From the NCBI RefSeq assembly GCF_006345805.1, contig NC_043019.1:26287360-26351359 (forward strand): 64,000 nt of DNA, read 5' to 3'. Below, piece by piece: positions 38,150-49,734 of the stretch. Source of the stretch: Octopus sinensis. Taxonomy: Eukaryota. Under the pieces are notes generated by a model, which did no database searches, was not told where the DNA came from, and saw only the letters and a program-made list of their open reading frames with translations. The number at the start of each line of letters is the position of its first letter. Within the stretch, counting starts at the first letter, position 1. Made by a program: the position numbers and the translations under genes.

Positions 38150-38278
38150 GTAGATATACATGTGTGTGTGTGCGCGCCCGACTATCACTATTATTATTGT
38201 TTCACGTTTGATTTCGATGTACTCATCAATCTACATCTAATTGTTGAAAACTTTATTGAAAAAATAAGCAGTTTTCTG
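38150..38278 (+). promoter_or_regulatory. Probable non-coding first exon of a divergent plus-strand transcript
   Basis: Strong donor CTG|GTGAGT at 38278/38279 downstream of GCGCG-containing CpG patches (38090, 38172); no long ORF. Confidence 0.45.
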
Positions 38279-38388
38279 GTGAGTTTTAGCAGAAGCAAAA
38301 TTGATCAAGGTCACACTTTGTAGGATGCCAATATCTGAATATCTTTAAGGATTTCTAAAAGAGACACAATATCAATTTCAGTGAGGGT

Positions 38389-39508
38389 TTAACCCTCTAA
38401 TGTTCAAATTATTCTGACAAATGTAATGCTTATTCAATTCACAGTAATCATTGTTTAGCGTTCTCTTTCCATGCTGGCGTGGGTGGGACGGTTTGACATG
38501 GAGCTAGCTAACAGGGAGCTGTGGTTTCTACAGCTGGGTGCCCTTCCTAATGCCAACCACTTAGCAGGGTATGCTGGATGTTTTTTTACATGCCACCGAC
38601 ACAGGTGCGTTTACGTAGCACCAGCACAGGTGCATTAATGCAGCACTGGCATGGCCGTATTTTAAGGGACACCAGCACCTGAAGGACAAGCCTATATGTA
38701 TGGAAGACAGCGATTTTAATTAGCTAGAAGTAATCATATATTATCTCATCATTAAGGTGGTGAGCTGGCAGAATCATTAGCACGCCAGGTAAAATGCTTG
38801 GTGATATTTCATCTGTCGCTACATTTCTGAGTTCAAATTCCACCGAGGTCGATTTTGCCTTTTTATCTTTTCGGGGTCGATAAATTAAGTATCAGTAAAA
38901 CATTGGGGTCAATGTAATTGGCTAGTCCCCTTCCCCTAAATTTCAGGCCCGTGCCTTTAGTAGAAAGGGTTATCTCATAGCTTTGAAATTTCAATGATGT
39001 GATTGTTTATTTTTAGAATGACATTGTAGAGGGGGTGTGAGGGACCAGATCTGGCTGGTTTACTCTTTTACTTGTTTCAGTCATTTGACTGCGGCCATGC
39101 TGGAGCACCGGTTTTAGTCGAGCAAATCGACCCCGGGACTTATTCTTTGTAAGCCCAGTACTTATTCTATCGGTCTCTTTTGCCGAACCGCTAAGTTACG
39201 GGGACGTAAACACACCAGCATCGGTTGTCAAGCAATGCTAGGAGGACAAACACAGACACACAAACACATACACACACATATATATATACATATATACAAC
39301 AGGCTTCTTTCAGTTTCCGTCTACCAAATCCACTCACAAGGCATTGATCGGCCCGGGACTATAGCAGAAGACACTTGCCCAAGATGCCACGCAGTGGGAC
39401 TGAACCCGGAACCATGTGGTTGGTAAGCAAGCTACTTACCACACAGCCACTCCTGAACAGGTAAAATATTTGGGCCGGATATGACCAGTTTAAATGCTAA
39501 AGGGTTAA
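38389..39508. mobile_element. MITE family 1 containing three nested insertions: family C (about 38455-38720), family B (about 38755-38965), family A (39061-39455, minus)
   Basis: TTAACCCTCTAATGTTC... and ...AAATGCTAAAGGGTTAA ends; MITE internal sequence resumes between the inserts. Confidence 0.85.
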
Positions 39509-39509
39509 T

Positions 39510-39960
39510 TAGTTTAGTGCCACTGGCACATATGCTGGTAAGGCAACGCTGGAACAACCATGCTCGAATGGTGCTTTTTACATGCTACCAGCACAGGAGC
39601 CAATCCATGGCCCTGGCAACGATCCCACTCAGATGTGCTGTTAATGTTCCACTGGCACGAGTGACAATCAGGTGGTACTGTCATCAGCCACATCAACAAT
39701 TTTGATTTCACTTGTCTCAATAGGTCTTCGCAAGCAATGTTTATTGTCCAGTGAATGAGGGGTACTCATAAGTGAGCTAGTTACACCCACTGGCATAGGC
39801 CATGGGCTATGGTCTTCTCATGCACAGCATATCTCCAAAGGTCTCAGTCACTAGTCATTGCCTCGGTAAGGCCCAATGTTTGAAGGTCATGTTTCACCAC
39901 CTCATCCCAGGTCTTTCTGGGTTTACCTCTTCCACAGGTTCCCTCAACTGCTAGGGTGTG
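39510..39960. mobile_element. Family C-associated repeat body
   Basis: GTGCCACTGGCAC, GATTTCACTTGTCTCAATAGGTCTTCGCAAGC motifs shared with 62520-62680. Confidence 0.7.
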
Positions 39961-40245
39961 ACACTTTTTCTCACAGCTGGCCTCATTTATTCACAACACT
40001 TGACCATACCACTGGAAGCAATTGCAAGATGGATTCTTCAAGCCAAGCCAACTGGCAGGAGATCTAGGGTTAGACCAAGAACAAAACGGTTGAATAATAT
40101 CCATAGTCTCAGTTGGTCACACTTGGCAATCCAGCCAGAAATTGTAATGACAACTGCTCCTGATTGGAGCCTAAGGAAGAAGGGCCTGAAGACCCTATCC
40201 TCCCATAACCCTCCTGGGAATAAAGGGCAGAGAAAATGAATAGAA
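39960..40245 (+). mobile_element. RTE LINE 3' end
   Basis: IARWILQAKPTGRRSRVRPRTKRLNNI matches the RTE C-terminal R.RGRP..RW motif. Confidence 0.8.
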
Positions 40246-40594
40246 TAAGAAAGTAGGTGTTGAAGTAGTTATCTTTGTTTTGCTTCTCATTGATTTTGAA
40301 TGATCATACAAAGCAAATGTTTAAATGTCAAGCTTCCAACTTTGTGCTGTAATACTCTTGGACAGTGCTATCTAAAGGGATGGTCATACTAGATAATTGC
40401 CAGAGGGTGTCATGGATTTGAAGGCCCAGTGCTAATCTATGTATTCTATGGCTTGCCGTCAATAAATGAATAGTTTAGGGGCCCATTACATTGCTTTGCC
40501 TGTAGGGGGTCTGCAGGTTTTAGGGCCCCAGTGCCTGGTCTTGGTCTACACCTATGAAACACATGTCTGTTTTACTGTTGTACTCCAGTTGGGG

Positions 40595-40830
40595 GTAGTA
40601 ACCTACTTCTTTACTACCCACAAGGGGCTAAACACAGAGGGAACAAACAAGGACAGACAAACGGATTAAGTCGATTACATCAACCCCAGTGCATAACTGG
40701 TACTTAATTTATTGACCCCGAAAGGATGAAAGGCAAAGTTGACCTCGGTGGAATTTGAACTCAGAACGTAACGGCAGAAATACGGCTACGCATTTCGCCC
40801 GGCGTGCAAACGTTTCTGCCAGCTCACTGC
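40595..40830 (-). mobile_element. SINE family B, young copy
   Basis: ACAAGGGGCTAAACACAGAGGG...CCCCGAAAGGATGAAAGGCAAAG...CTGCCAGCTC. Confidence 0.92.
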
Positions 40831-41049
40831 CAAGTTGGAGGTAGTAACCATCTGCTTCATCCTTTCACCTACGCCAACTGGGAACTCTCTCAAACATCAA
40901 CTGCACAACCAACATAACTTCCTTCCTGAAAAATAAATGCCAACACAAAAGATTTCACCGTCTGCATCAAAATAACAGCAAACTCCTCTGAAAACCACAA
41001 TATTAGGACAGGCCCTTAATGTCTTAAAACTATATTTTAGCCAACATGA

Positions 41050-41835
41050 AAATATGTTTAGTTCAGACCTCCTGTGTGGCACCTTGGACAAGTTCTTCTA
41101 CTATAGTCTTGGGCCAACCCAAGCCTTGTGAGTGGAATTGGTTGATGGAATCTGAAAGAAGCCCATCATATATACATACATATATTATATGTGTGTGTGT
41201 GTGTGCTTGTGTTTGCCCCCTCCTCACTACCACTTGACAACTAGTATTGGTTTGTTTACATCCCTGTAATTTAGCAGTTCAGCAAAAGAGACCAATACAA
41301 TAATTACCAAACTTAAAAAGAAAATGACTTAATCATTGGAGTCAACTTGGTGGACTAAATCCCAGTATGGCCACAGTCCAATGACTAAAAAAAGCCAAAG
41401 ATTTGTCACAGGTTGGAGGTGAAAGAGAAGACAAAGTTGGAATCACTGCCAGAAGAGTTCTTCAAGAAATTTTCAAATGTTTCCCATTTTTTGTTTTTGC
41501 TTTTTTATTTTTGTTTTTAAATTAAGGTTGGTTAATATAACTTTTATCATTTATTTGTTTCAGTCATTAGACTGTGGCCATGCTGGAGCACTGCCTTGAA
41601 GCATTTTTTTGTCAAATGAATCACCCTAGCACATATGTTTCTAAAGTTTTTTTTAAAGTCTGGTACTTCTATCAGTGCCCTTTTGCCAAACTGCTAAGTT
41701 ATGAAGATGTAAACACATCAACACCAGTTGACAAACAGTGGTGGGACACACATACACATTCTTTCATTCTTTGACTGTGGCCATGCTGGAGCACCACCTT
41801 TAATCGAACAAATTGACCCCAGGACTTATTTTTTG
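41050..41835. mobile_element. SINE A cluster: plus copy 41050-41400, minus copies 41555-41760 and 41770-41835
   Basis: Family A core and tail motifs in both orientations. Confidence 0.8.
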
Positions 41836-41989
41836 ATTATTAAGATATTGCATGATTAATTTTAAACAACTTGAATGAATAAGCGTTACATTTGACAGAG
41901 CAATCTGAACATGGAAAAGTTAAGTGGAAAGCAATAAGAAGTACATCAAGCTGCCAAAAACAGGGCAAAAATGGAACATATGAGCTGGA

Positions 41990-43000
41990 TGTGGCCTCAG
42001 TATGCTTATCCATCAAGGAAGGCCGTACATGTGAATAAGAACTGAAACAGTTTAGCAAAGATCTTTCAGTTCTCTTCACATGAAACAACCTTTCTAGTGC
42101 CGATGGCATGATAAAATGAGATAGTGTTGCTTGTTATGACAGGAGAACTGTGTGACTGATCATTAACTACCCGGACTGAGGTCAAAGTGCTCTCTTTCAC
42201 TATTTTCAGAGTTTTGGTTATTGGTGCCTTGAGAACGCCAGCTTCTGTAGCTTATTGCTGTCACCCCTATCTCTGCTGTCCTGTTCATTTCTGCTTTTCA
42301 AGTTCTTCAAGGCAGAAAGTCCTTTAATGGCCCTCATTGCCACACATATTACAGCTGGCTTTTTGTTATGCACTATTTGTTTTATTGCAAGTCTTTCTAC
42401 TCCCACAATGGAGCATGGTCCCAGAATAGCTCTTGGTCTTTAGAGGTCATTTGGAATTGAATGTCCTTGCTGACCCTCCTTATCACATTTTGTTTCTGGT
42501 CATTTCAGAGACTACCACTTACCTGTATTGTGCTACAAAATTGACAGTGAGTCAAGAATTAACATTTTCACAATGTTCTTCACCATAACTCTTGTCTTGC
42601 ATGGCTCCATGTCCTGAGGTATTAGCCACCAGGCACTTTATGGCCCACATTGGCATGCTTTTTTTCTTTTAGTCTTCAGTTTTGAAAACTTGGTATTACT
42701 CCATCCAAAGAAGGAGCTGTCACTTTCCACATCAGTCTGGGCAATCACCAGTCGCAACTTTGGTGGTATAAGGAAAGTTTTGTTTTTACAGGGGTTGTCT
42801 TTGGTAACATATCTCTGCCATGCAGACTTTTTCTCTACCAAGCCAGTTATGTTCATATCCTCTCCTAACTAGCAACACTAGCAAAATAAATTGCTATTCC
42901 TGTCTGCAGTGCTCAAAACAACACCTTCATTAAAGTGGGCTTTCTTTCTTTATTTCCAAATATGCACCTGTGCCTTTTTGCCTTGTTATTGTCAACAGTA
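41990..43000 (-). mobile_element. Tx1/L1-clade LINE ORF1 remnant with CCHC zinc knuckle
   Basis: CNMCGNEGH*RTFC at 42353-42312 (C-X2-C-X4-H-X4-C), preceded by a V.VEG-like IVGVER; many stops. Confidence 0.7.
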
Positions 43001-43048
43001 TCATTGAAATTGTTCAAATTAATGTGTTTAGCTGCTAAAACATCATTA

Positions 43049-43434
43049 TTGTTGTATCTTTGGAGGGTCATTGTATCAATGATAGTAACATGCAGTGGTT
43101 CATTATCACTCCTTTATTGTTAGTCAGTTGGTTAAATATCTAACCAACTAACGAATTAATTGATCGTTTGTTTAATGTGCTGCTTAAACAATCAATCAAT
43201 TGTTTGTTAGTCAAAGTCCTTTTATTGCTATCCGTGACCTCCTCAGTGACTCGCCATCTCTCCTCAAGGTCTGCTCTGAGACCCAGAGCAGACTGATTAA
43301 TTGTTTAACCAGCACATTAAACAAACAATCGATTAGTTATTTAGATATTTAACCAAATGATTAACAATAAAGTAGTGATATTGGACCAGTGCATGTGTTA
43401 TTACTGGCATAACGACCCTCCCAAGACACAACAA
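43049..43434. repeat. Long imperfect inverted repeat (arms about 150 bp)
   Basis: 43049-43200 is the reverse complement of about 43281-43434; the spacer holds a 10-bp hairpin GTCTGCTCTG-AGACC-CAGAGCAGAC. Confidence 0.85.
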
Positions 43435-44199
43435 GATTTGTTTCAACTCACAAATTCACATCAAGAATCTTGCAAACCAAATACGAAAATGAAGTAATAT
43501 AATTATTTTTTCCACGTATATGAAATTAAATTTTTTTCTTTCAATTTTATTTTTTTTTTTTACTCCTATTAATTTTTGTATTTGCTTGTAAGAATGGATG
43601 TTTCTCTAATTTGGAAGCTGTCTTGAGCTAAAATATAAAACAAAAGCAGAAGAAATAAAATTATGTTTCAAAACTGACAGACTTTATGTCTCTTCTGGTG
43701 TGAGGCAGATGTCCAATGCCTTTCATGAATTCTCTTGTTAAAAATAACAACACATTTTCTTTCGTTGCATTTGGTCAGAAATTGGAAACTCTCACACAAG
43801 TCATAAAAAATATATCTAACACAAGCAATTCCAATGATGACAACAACAATAATAATAATAATTCATGCGTTTATTGGCCACAAGGGCTAACAAAAATCAA
43901 ATAAAACATGTAAGGACAAAATGCAAGATGAAAGTTACAAAAAGGATTTTGTCCGTTTGTAAAGTCCATGTAAAAATGCAAGATAACAACGAAAATATAA
44001 CAAGTAAAAACTCCCTATAGGGGGAGGCACTTCGAAAGGTTACTCGTGGAAAAACCCATAAAATATTTTGTATATCAAACACAAAGAGTTTTATCTGTTT
44101 ATTTGCATCATTGTCTTTCTCTCTCTCTCGACCTGGCAAGTAAAGTGCAATCACAGCTGTAGCCTATATCAGTGTCATGTAACCAGCTCATTTAAAAGT

Positions 44200-44830
44200 T
44201 CCTAAAAATCATAGGGTGATACGCTGCGCTTGAGAAGACCTGTTGAGTCAAGTAAAATCAAAATCAAAATCAAAATTGTAGTTATGGCTGATGCCAGTGC
44301 CACCTGACTGGCACATAATAAGTACCATTCAAGCATGGGTCGATACCAGTGCCACCTAACTAGCTCCCTGTGCCAGTGGCATGTAAAAAGGACCATCAAA
44401 ACATGGTCAACGCCAGTTCCCCACCCACCCCCACGACTGGCTCCTGTGCTGGTGGCACATAAAAAGCACCTTCATACATGCTCAGAGTGGTTGGTGTTAG
44501 GCAGGGCAACAAGTTGTAGAAACCTTGCCAGATCAGATTGGAGCCTGGTGCAGCCCACTGGCTTGCCAGTCCTCAGTCAAACAGTCCAACCCAACCCATG
44601 CCAGCATGGAAAACAGACATTAAACAATGATGATGACGATGACGATATATGTACATATGTATATATGTATGTGTGTGTGTGTGTATTTGGTGTTAGGAAG
44701 GGCATCCAGCTGTAGAAAATTTGCCAGATCAGATTGGAGCCTGGTGCAGCCATCTGGTTCGCAAGTCCTCAGTCAAATTGTCCAACCCACACTAGCATGG
44801 AAAGCAGACGTTAAATGATGATGATGATAT
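44200..44830. mobile_element. Family C repeat with duplicated 3' end
   Basis: GAGAAGACCTGTTGAGTCAAG body and two successive GGTGTTAGG...CAGATTGGAGCCTGG...(GAT)n ends. Confidence 0.85.
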
Positions 44831-44899
44831 TGTATGTATGTATGTATGTATAAGAAGATGCTTATCACTCCTTTAACTGTTTCTGATGAGGCAGCTGTG

Positions 44900-45070
44900 T
44901 TGTGCGTACATGACATCGTGTAATCAATGAAGAACGACAAAAGATTTTGATTCTGTGCCAGCCCCACATTTGTGTAGGAAAAGTGGAAACATGAAAGGGA
45001 GTTGTGTGCTATGTGGTCACTCAATCTGCTTGAATAAACAACAAAATTACTCTCAAAATCACCCTGTATG
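44900..45070 (+). mobile_element. Possible piggyBac transposase cysteine-rich C-terminal remnant
   Basis: Frameshifted CQPH.CRKSGNMKGSCVLCGHSICLN resembles the C2-C2-C-H ending of piggyBac transposases. Confidence 0.4.
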
Positions 45071-45129
45071 ATCTTTAAAAAATGAAGGACACTTTAAATA
45101 ATGTTGTTCAAGATATGCTATGTCTATAA

Positions 45130-45420
45130 AAAAAAAGTGGATTTATAAAAGTGAGTGGATTTGATAGACAGAAACTGAAAGAAGCTCGTTGTGTGTGTGT
45201 GTGTGTGTGTGTATGCGTGTGTGTGTGCATGTTTGTCCCCAATTACTGCTTGACAACTTGTGTTGGTGTGTCTACATCCCTGTAACCTAGTGGTTTGGCA
45301 AAAGGGACCGATAAAATAAGTACCATGTTCAGAAAACAAAAAGTGCTGGGATTGATTCATTCAGAATTCTTCAAGGTGGTGCCCCAGCATGGCCACAATG
45401 TAATGACTGAAACAAGTAAC
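45130..45420 (+). mobile_element. SINE family A, 3' part
   Basis: GTGGATTTGATAGACAGAAACTGAAAGAAGC...CAGCATGGCCACAATGTAATGACTGAAACAAGT. Confidence 0.85.
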
Positions 45421-45611
45421 TGATAGAAGATAAAAATTGTGACAAGTGACATGCCTAACATTATGGGTTGTTGCCCTCAATGGAGAGCAGAGAAAGCTGA
45501 AGGTGTTGCTTACCCAGCAGTAAACAGTGAATACTCTGTCAACCTGTGTATTAAACACCAGCTGAGTATATCAATAACTGTAAAGGTTAATTTTACTAAG
45601 CCATGAATGCG

Positions 45612-45940
45612 TGTGGCTTAGTAATTAGGGCATTTGACTCATGATCATAAGGTTGTGAGGTCAATGCTCTGTGACGTGTTGTGTCCTTGAGTAAAACACT
45701 TTATTTCATGTTGCTTCAGTCCACTCAGCTGGCAAAAACGACTAGTACCAGTATTTTAAAAAGGGCCAGCTTTGTCATATTCTATATCATGCTGTATCTT
45801 CCTAAGGACTATGTTAAGGGTACATGTGTCTGTGGAGTGCTCAGCCACATACATGTAAATTTCATGAGCTGGCTGTTTGGTCAATTGCATCAACTGGAAC
45901 CCTTGTTGTCATTAGCGACAGAATGGCAGTTTACTTAACC
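45612..45940 (+). mobile_element. CORE-like tRNA SINE (family D)
   Basis: tRNA-like head, TGTGTCCTTGAGTAAAACACTT...CAGTCCACTCAGCTGGCAAAAA core, GTGGAGTGCTCAGCCAC tail. Confidence 0.7.
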
Positions 45941-46119
45941 AGTCTACATTCTTGATTATTTTATAAATTTATTGAAGCTTGCGGGTAGTTTATTCTTCTT
46001 AAATGTATGTTTAATGAAAAATTACTGCTCTTTCCTAGAATAGGGTGACAAAGGATATCTTGTAAAGCTGATAATGGTAATATTGAATTTGAATGCTAAA
46101 GCTAGAAAAAGTCCCAGAG

Positions 46120-47030
46120 TTTGTCATCATCCATCCATCCATCAACCCATTCATTTTCTCCACCCACTATTCCTAGAGAGTCAGTCAGTCACCGGCTGAC
46201 AATACATCGAAGAGGCCAGGAACAGAAGAAAGAAGAAGAAAAAAGACATGCACCCAACACCAGAGCTGAAGACACCTCCGAAAAGGGGGGCCCCGCCATG
46301 TCAAAACAGTTGAGGAGTAGGGGCTGAAACCAGACGTGGTTCCTCCTGATGATGTCTTGAGCTAACTGGATCCTATAAAGGAGCTGTTGTGGTAGCAGAC
46401 CACGAAACATGGTTGTAATTCCTCCTGAGGGTAGAGTTTCTAGGCACCACCTCTCTAGGGTCTTACCAGAAGCAACTGTCACGACACTTTCCAGTTGAAT
46501 TCCCAAATGTAACTACCTGAGACTAAGGATATTATCCAACCACCTCATTCTTGGTCTGCCCTTAGGTCACCAACCAGTTGGCTTTGCTTGAAGAATCTGT
46601 CTGGTGATTCTTTCCTGTGACATTCTAATCCAATGTTCATAGTGACAGAGCTGTGACTCCTAAATGCAGAGAAGTAGCAGCTCAATCTTCCTAAGGACTA
46701 TGTTAAGGGTACATGTGTCTGTGGAGTGCTCAGCCACATACATGTAAATTTCATGAGCTGGCTGTTTGGTCAATCACATCAACTGGAACCCTTGTTGTCA
46801 TAAGCGACAGAATGGCAGTTTACTTAACCAGTCTACCTTCTTGATTATTTTATAATTTATTGAAGCTTGCGGGTAGTCTATTCTTCTTAAATGTATGTTT
46901 AATGAAAAATTACTGCTCTTTCCTAGAATAGGGTGACAAAGGATATCTTGTAAAGCTGATAATTGTACTCCCTGATCTATACACCCTGTTGAGTTACATT
47001 ATTCCAGAGATCCTTCACAAATAAGACCAC
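46120..47030 (-). mobile_element. RTE LINE 3' fragment broken by two insertions
   Basis: L*RISGIM*LNRV (about 47010-46965), then IELLLL..ESQL...RMSQERITRQILQAKPTG..KGRPRMRWLDNI (46684-46500); inserts at 46685-46963 and about 46192-46428. Confidence 0.8.
46685..46963 (+). repeat. Direct copy of 45796-46075 (about 98% identical)
   Basis: By eye, 5 substitutions and one 1-bp indel over about 280 bp. Confidence 0.95.
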
Positions 47031-47089
47031 CAATACTTCTATATGATAACAAGATGTCATAATCATTGTTTTTTATGTCTTTTAGGGTT

Positions 47090-47720
47090 AAAGTGGCAAG
47101 ATGGTAGAATTGTTAGCATGCCAGGCAAAATGCATAGCAGCATTTTGTTGATACTCTCTTTACTCTTTTACTTGTTTCAGTCATTTGACTGTGGCCATGC
47201 TGGAGCACCACCTTTAGTCGAGCAAGTCGACCCCAGGACTTATTCTTTGTAAGCCTAGTACTTATTCTATCAGTGTTTTTTGCCAAACTGCTAAGTTACA
47301 GAGACATAAACACACCAGCATCGGTTGTCGAGCGATGTTGTGGGGACAAACACAAACACATAAATACACACACATTCATATATATATATATATACACATA
47401 TGCGACGGGCTTCTTTCAGTTTCCGTCTACCAAATCCACTCACAAGGCTTTGGTCAACCCGAGGCTATAGTAGAAGACACTTGCCCAAGGTGCCACGCAG
47501 TGGGACTGAACCTGGAACCATGTGGTTGGTAAGCAAGCTACATACCACACAGCCACTCCTGCACCATGATCTTCATGTTTCAAGTTCAAAATCCACCAAG
47601 GTTGACCTTGCCTTTCAGCTTTTCAGAGTCAATAAAATAAACACAAGTTGAGCATTCTGGTCAACGTAATCGACTTACCTGCTCCCCTGAAATTGCTGGC
47701 CTTGTGCCAAAATTTGAAAC
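47090..47720. mobile_element. Family B SINE (+) interrupted by a family A SINE (47152-47565, minus)
   Basis: B head GTGGCAAGATGGTAGAATTGTTAGC before and B core/tail after a complete A copy. Confidence 0.88.
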
Positions 47721-48096
47721 CAATATGTCTTTTAGTGCTAAATTTAGTTTCTGGCATGGCCACATTGTCAAGAATTTTGCCTTACAGTTACATAGTTCTG
47801 AATTTGATTCCCCTGCATTGCCTCATTCCACTCTTTTCCTATGCAAGCTGCAAATGAGGTTCATTTTGAACAATAATTTCTTTGCATAATTGTACCAGCT
47901 TCCTTGGACACTCAGCAAAGGACACCTTCAGAGGAACTATCCAAGTTGACTGAACAACAGGAGATGGAAGCCTCGGACAATCAAAGGTCAACATAAAACT
48001 GGGTGGTAATTTGTCTATATTGGTAAATGGTCAGGAGATTCAAACTGCTGTCAAGTTTAACCTTTTTGTCACAAATATTTCTTTTGAAAATCATTG

Positions 48097-48543
48097 GGAT
48101 CTTTTCGGTTTGACCGGCAGTTTTTTCTAGCGGTGTCATATGAAATTGTCCCCCATAATTATGACCCTAGTATCGATCTATTGCATTTCAATCTGTTTTA
48201 GGGTTAGGGTTAGAGTTAGGGTTAGGGTTAGGGTTAGGGTTAGGGGTGGGGGGAAGGGTATCTTTTTTTCTTCAGAAATGTAAATAAACCCAATCTGTTT
48301 CTTAAACGAGGGACATATTCATACAGCACAGAATGTTTTCACCTCTATAGACGTCATTGATTGGTTGAAATTGCAGAAATTGAAGAAAAAAGACAACAAA
48401 TATCTTACAAACCATAGAATTTTCTCAATAAAGCCAAGAGAAAAAGATGTTTTATAAACACATTCTACCAGTATATGAAGTTTAAAAGTGTTTAGTTACG
48501 TGGAAATTATTTTAAAAAACTGCCGGTCAAACCGAAAAGATCC
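48097..48543. mobile_element. TIR MITE (Merlin-like GG ends) with internal (TTAGGG)8, inserted into a MITE family 2 remnant
   Basis: TIR GGATCTTTTCGGTTTGACCGGCAGTTTTT perfect at both ends; 8-bp TSD AATCATTG (48089-96, 48544-51). Confidence 0.92.
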
Positions 48544-49049
48544 AATCATTGTTTTTGTTTCAATTAATTTTGAAAACAATGAAGAATTTAGTAAAATAAC
48601 TTTGTTTTTGGAACATAAATTAACAGGAAATCTTGAAGGAAGGTCCAAGTTCATATAATTTTAAAACATGTTGCTGGTACTAGAGTGAAGGACAACCTTA
48701 GGCAGATTCATCATCATCATCATCATCATCATCGTTTAGCGTCCGTTTTCCATGCTAGCATGGGTTGGACGGTTCTACTGGGGTCTGTGAAGCCAGAAGG
48801 CTTCATCAGGCCCAGTCAAATCTGGCAGTGTTTCTAAAGATTAATGCCCAGCTGGCACTATGGTACCACTAGCAGACACCATTTTGTTGCAAGTATTCTT
48901 ACCAGGCCTCTTGGATAAGGATATCAAGATCTTTCTTCCACCAGTCTCATAGAGATTCTGCTGAAACATGTTGTTGAGCACTACTTTTCCTTCTCAGACT
49001 AAGCAATTAAAAGAAAAAAAAACTATTTTTTAATGAACTTGTTAAGCAG

Positions 49050-49124
49050 ATAAAAACCATGATGATGAATTTACCAACAAATCTATTGGCACACGATATA
49101 ATTACCTTGTAATGAAAATACTAG
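49050..49124 (+). other. Candidate internal exon of the divergent plus-strand gene (phase 1/1: KNHDDEFTNKSIGTRYNYLVMKIL)
   Basis: GCAG acceptor, open frame, donor CTAG|GTGAGG; product not recognised. Confidence 0.25.
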
Positions 49125-49505
49125 GTGAGGCAATTTGAGATATTGTATTTGAAAACCCGTTTGAAGCATTGCGATGTGTAAGTAATATGTTTACTGCAAT
49201 GTAATTACTCATAAAGAATTTATCATAATATATTTGCAGCAAGCCATAGTAGAATATGGAATATCATAGAATATAACTGCAGCCATTATTCGCAAGGGAC
49301 TATGACTTGGTAGTATGCATCATGCTTTTGTTATGTATTTCAGATACCTGTGTAGTTGTCTACCGATATAGACACCTGCTTGGTCTTCCTCACCTTGGAT
49401 CTATCGGTGGGAGTAATAGGGCTGTCCCTGCTGATATTGGTACTCATTTAGAGCCTGAGTCGATTCAATAAGTACCAGTTACGCACTGGGTTCGATGTAA
49501 TCAAC

Positions 49506-49734
49506 TTAACCCTTTAGTGTTCAGATTACTCTGTTAAATGTAATGCTTATTTATTTAAATTGTTTTGAATTAATCATGCATTACCTTATAGCTTTGAGGT
49601 TTCAATGATGTGAATATTTATTTTTAGAATGTCACTGTAGGTTAGGTGTGAGAGGCTAGATATGGCTAGTTCAAATATAAAACATGTAGAATATATTGGG
49701 CCGGATTTGGCCAGTTTAAACACTAAAGGGTTAA
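49506..49734. mobile_element. MITE family 1 inserted at the TTAA inside a family B SINE (49455-49790)
   Basis: TTAA|CCCTTTAG...CTAAAGGG|TTAA; SINE sequence resumes after it. Confidence 0.92.

Noticed and set aside
42200-42443. Hydrophobic plus-strand ORF as a membrane-protein exon
   Set aside because: It is the antisense of a Tx1 ORF1 remnant containing a CCHC knuckle.
43225-43285. Hammerhead in the inverted-repeat spacer
   Set aside because: CTGAGGA is present on minus but there is no GAAA half of the core.
44882-44900. CTGATGAGGC as a hammerhead core
   Set aside because: No matching stem II-GAAA downstream.
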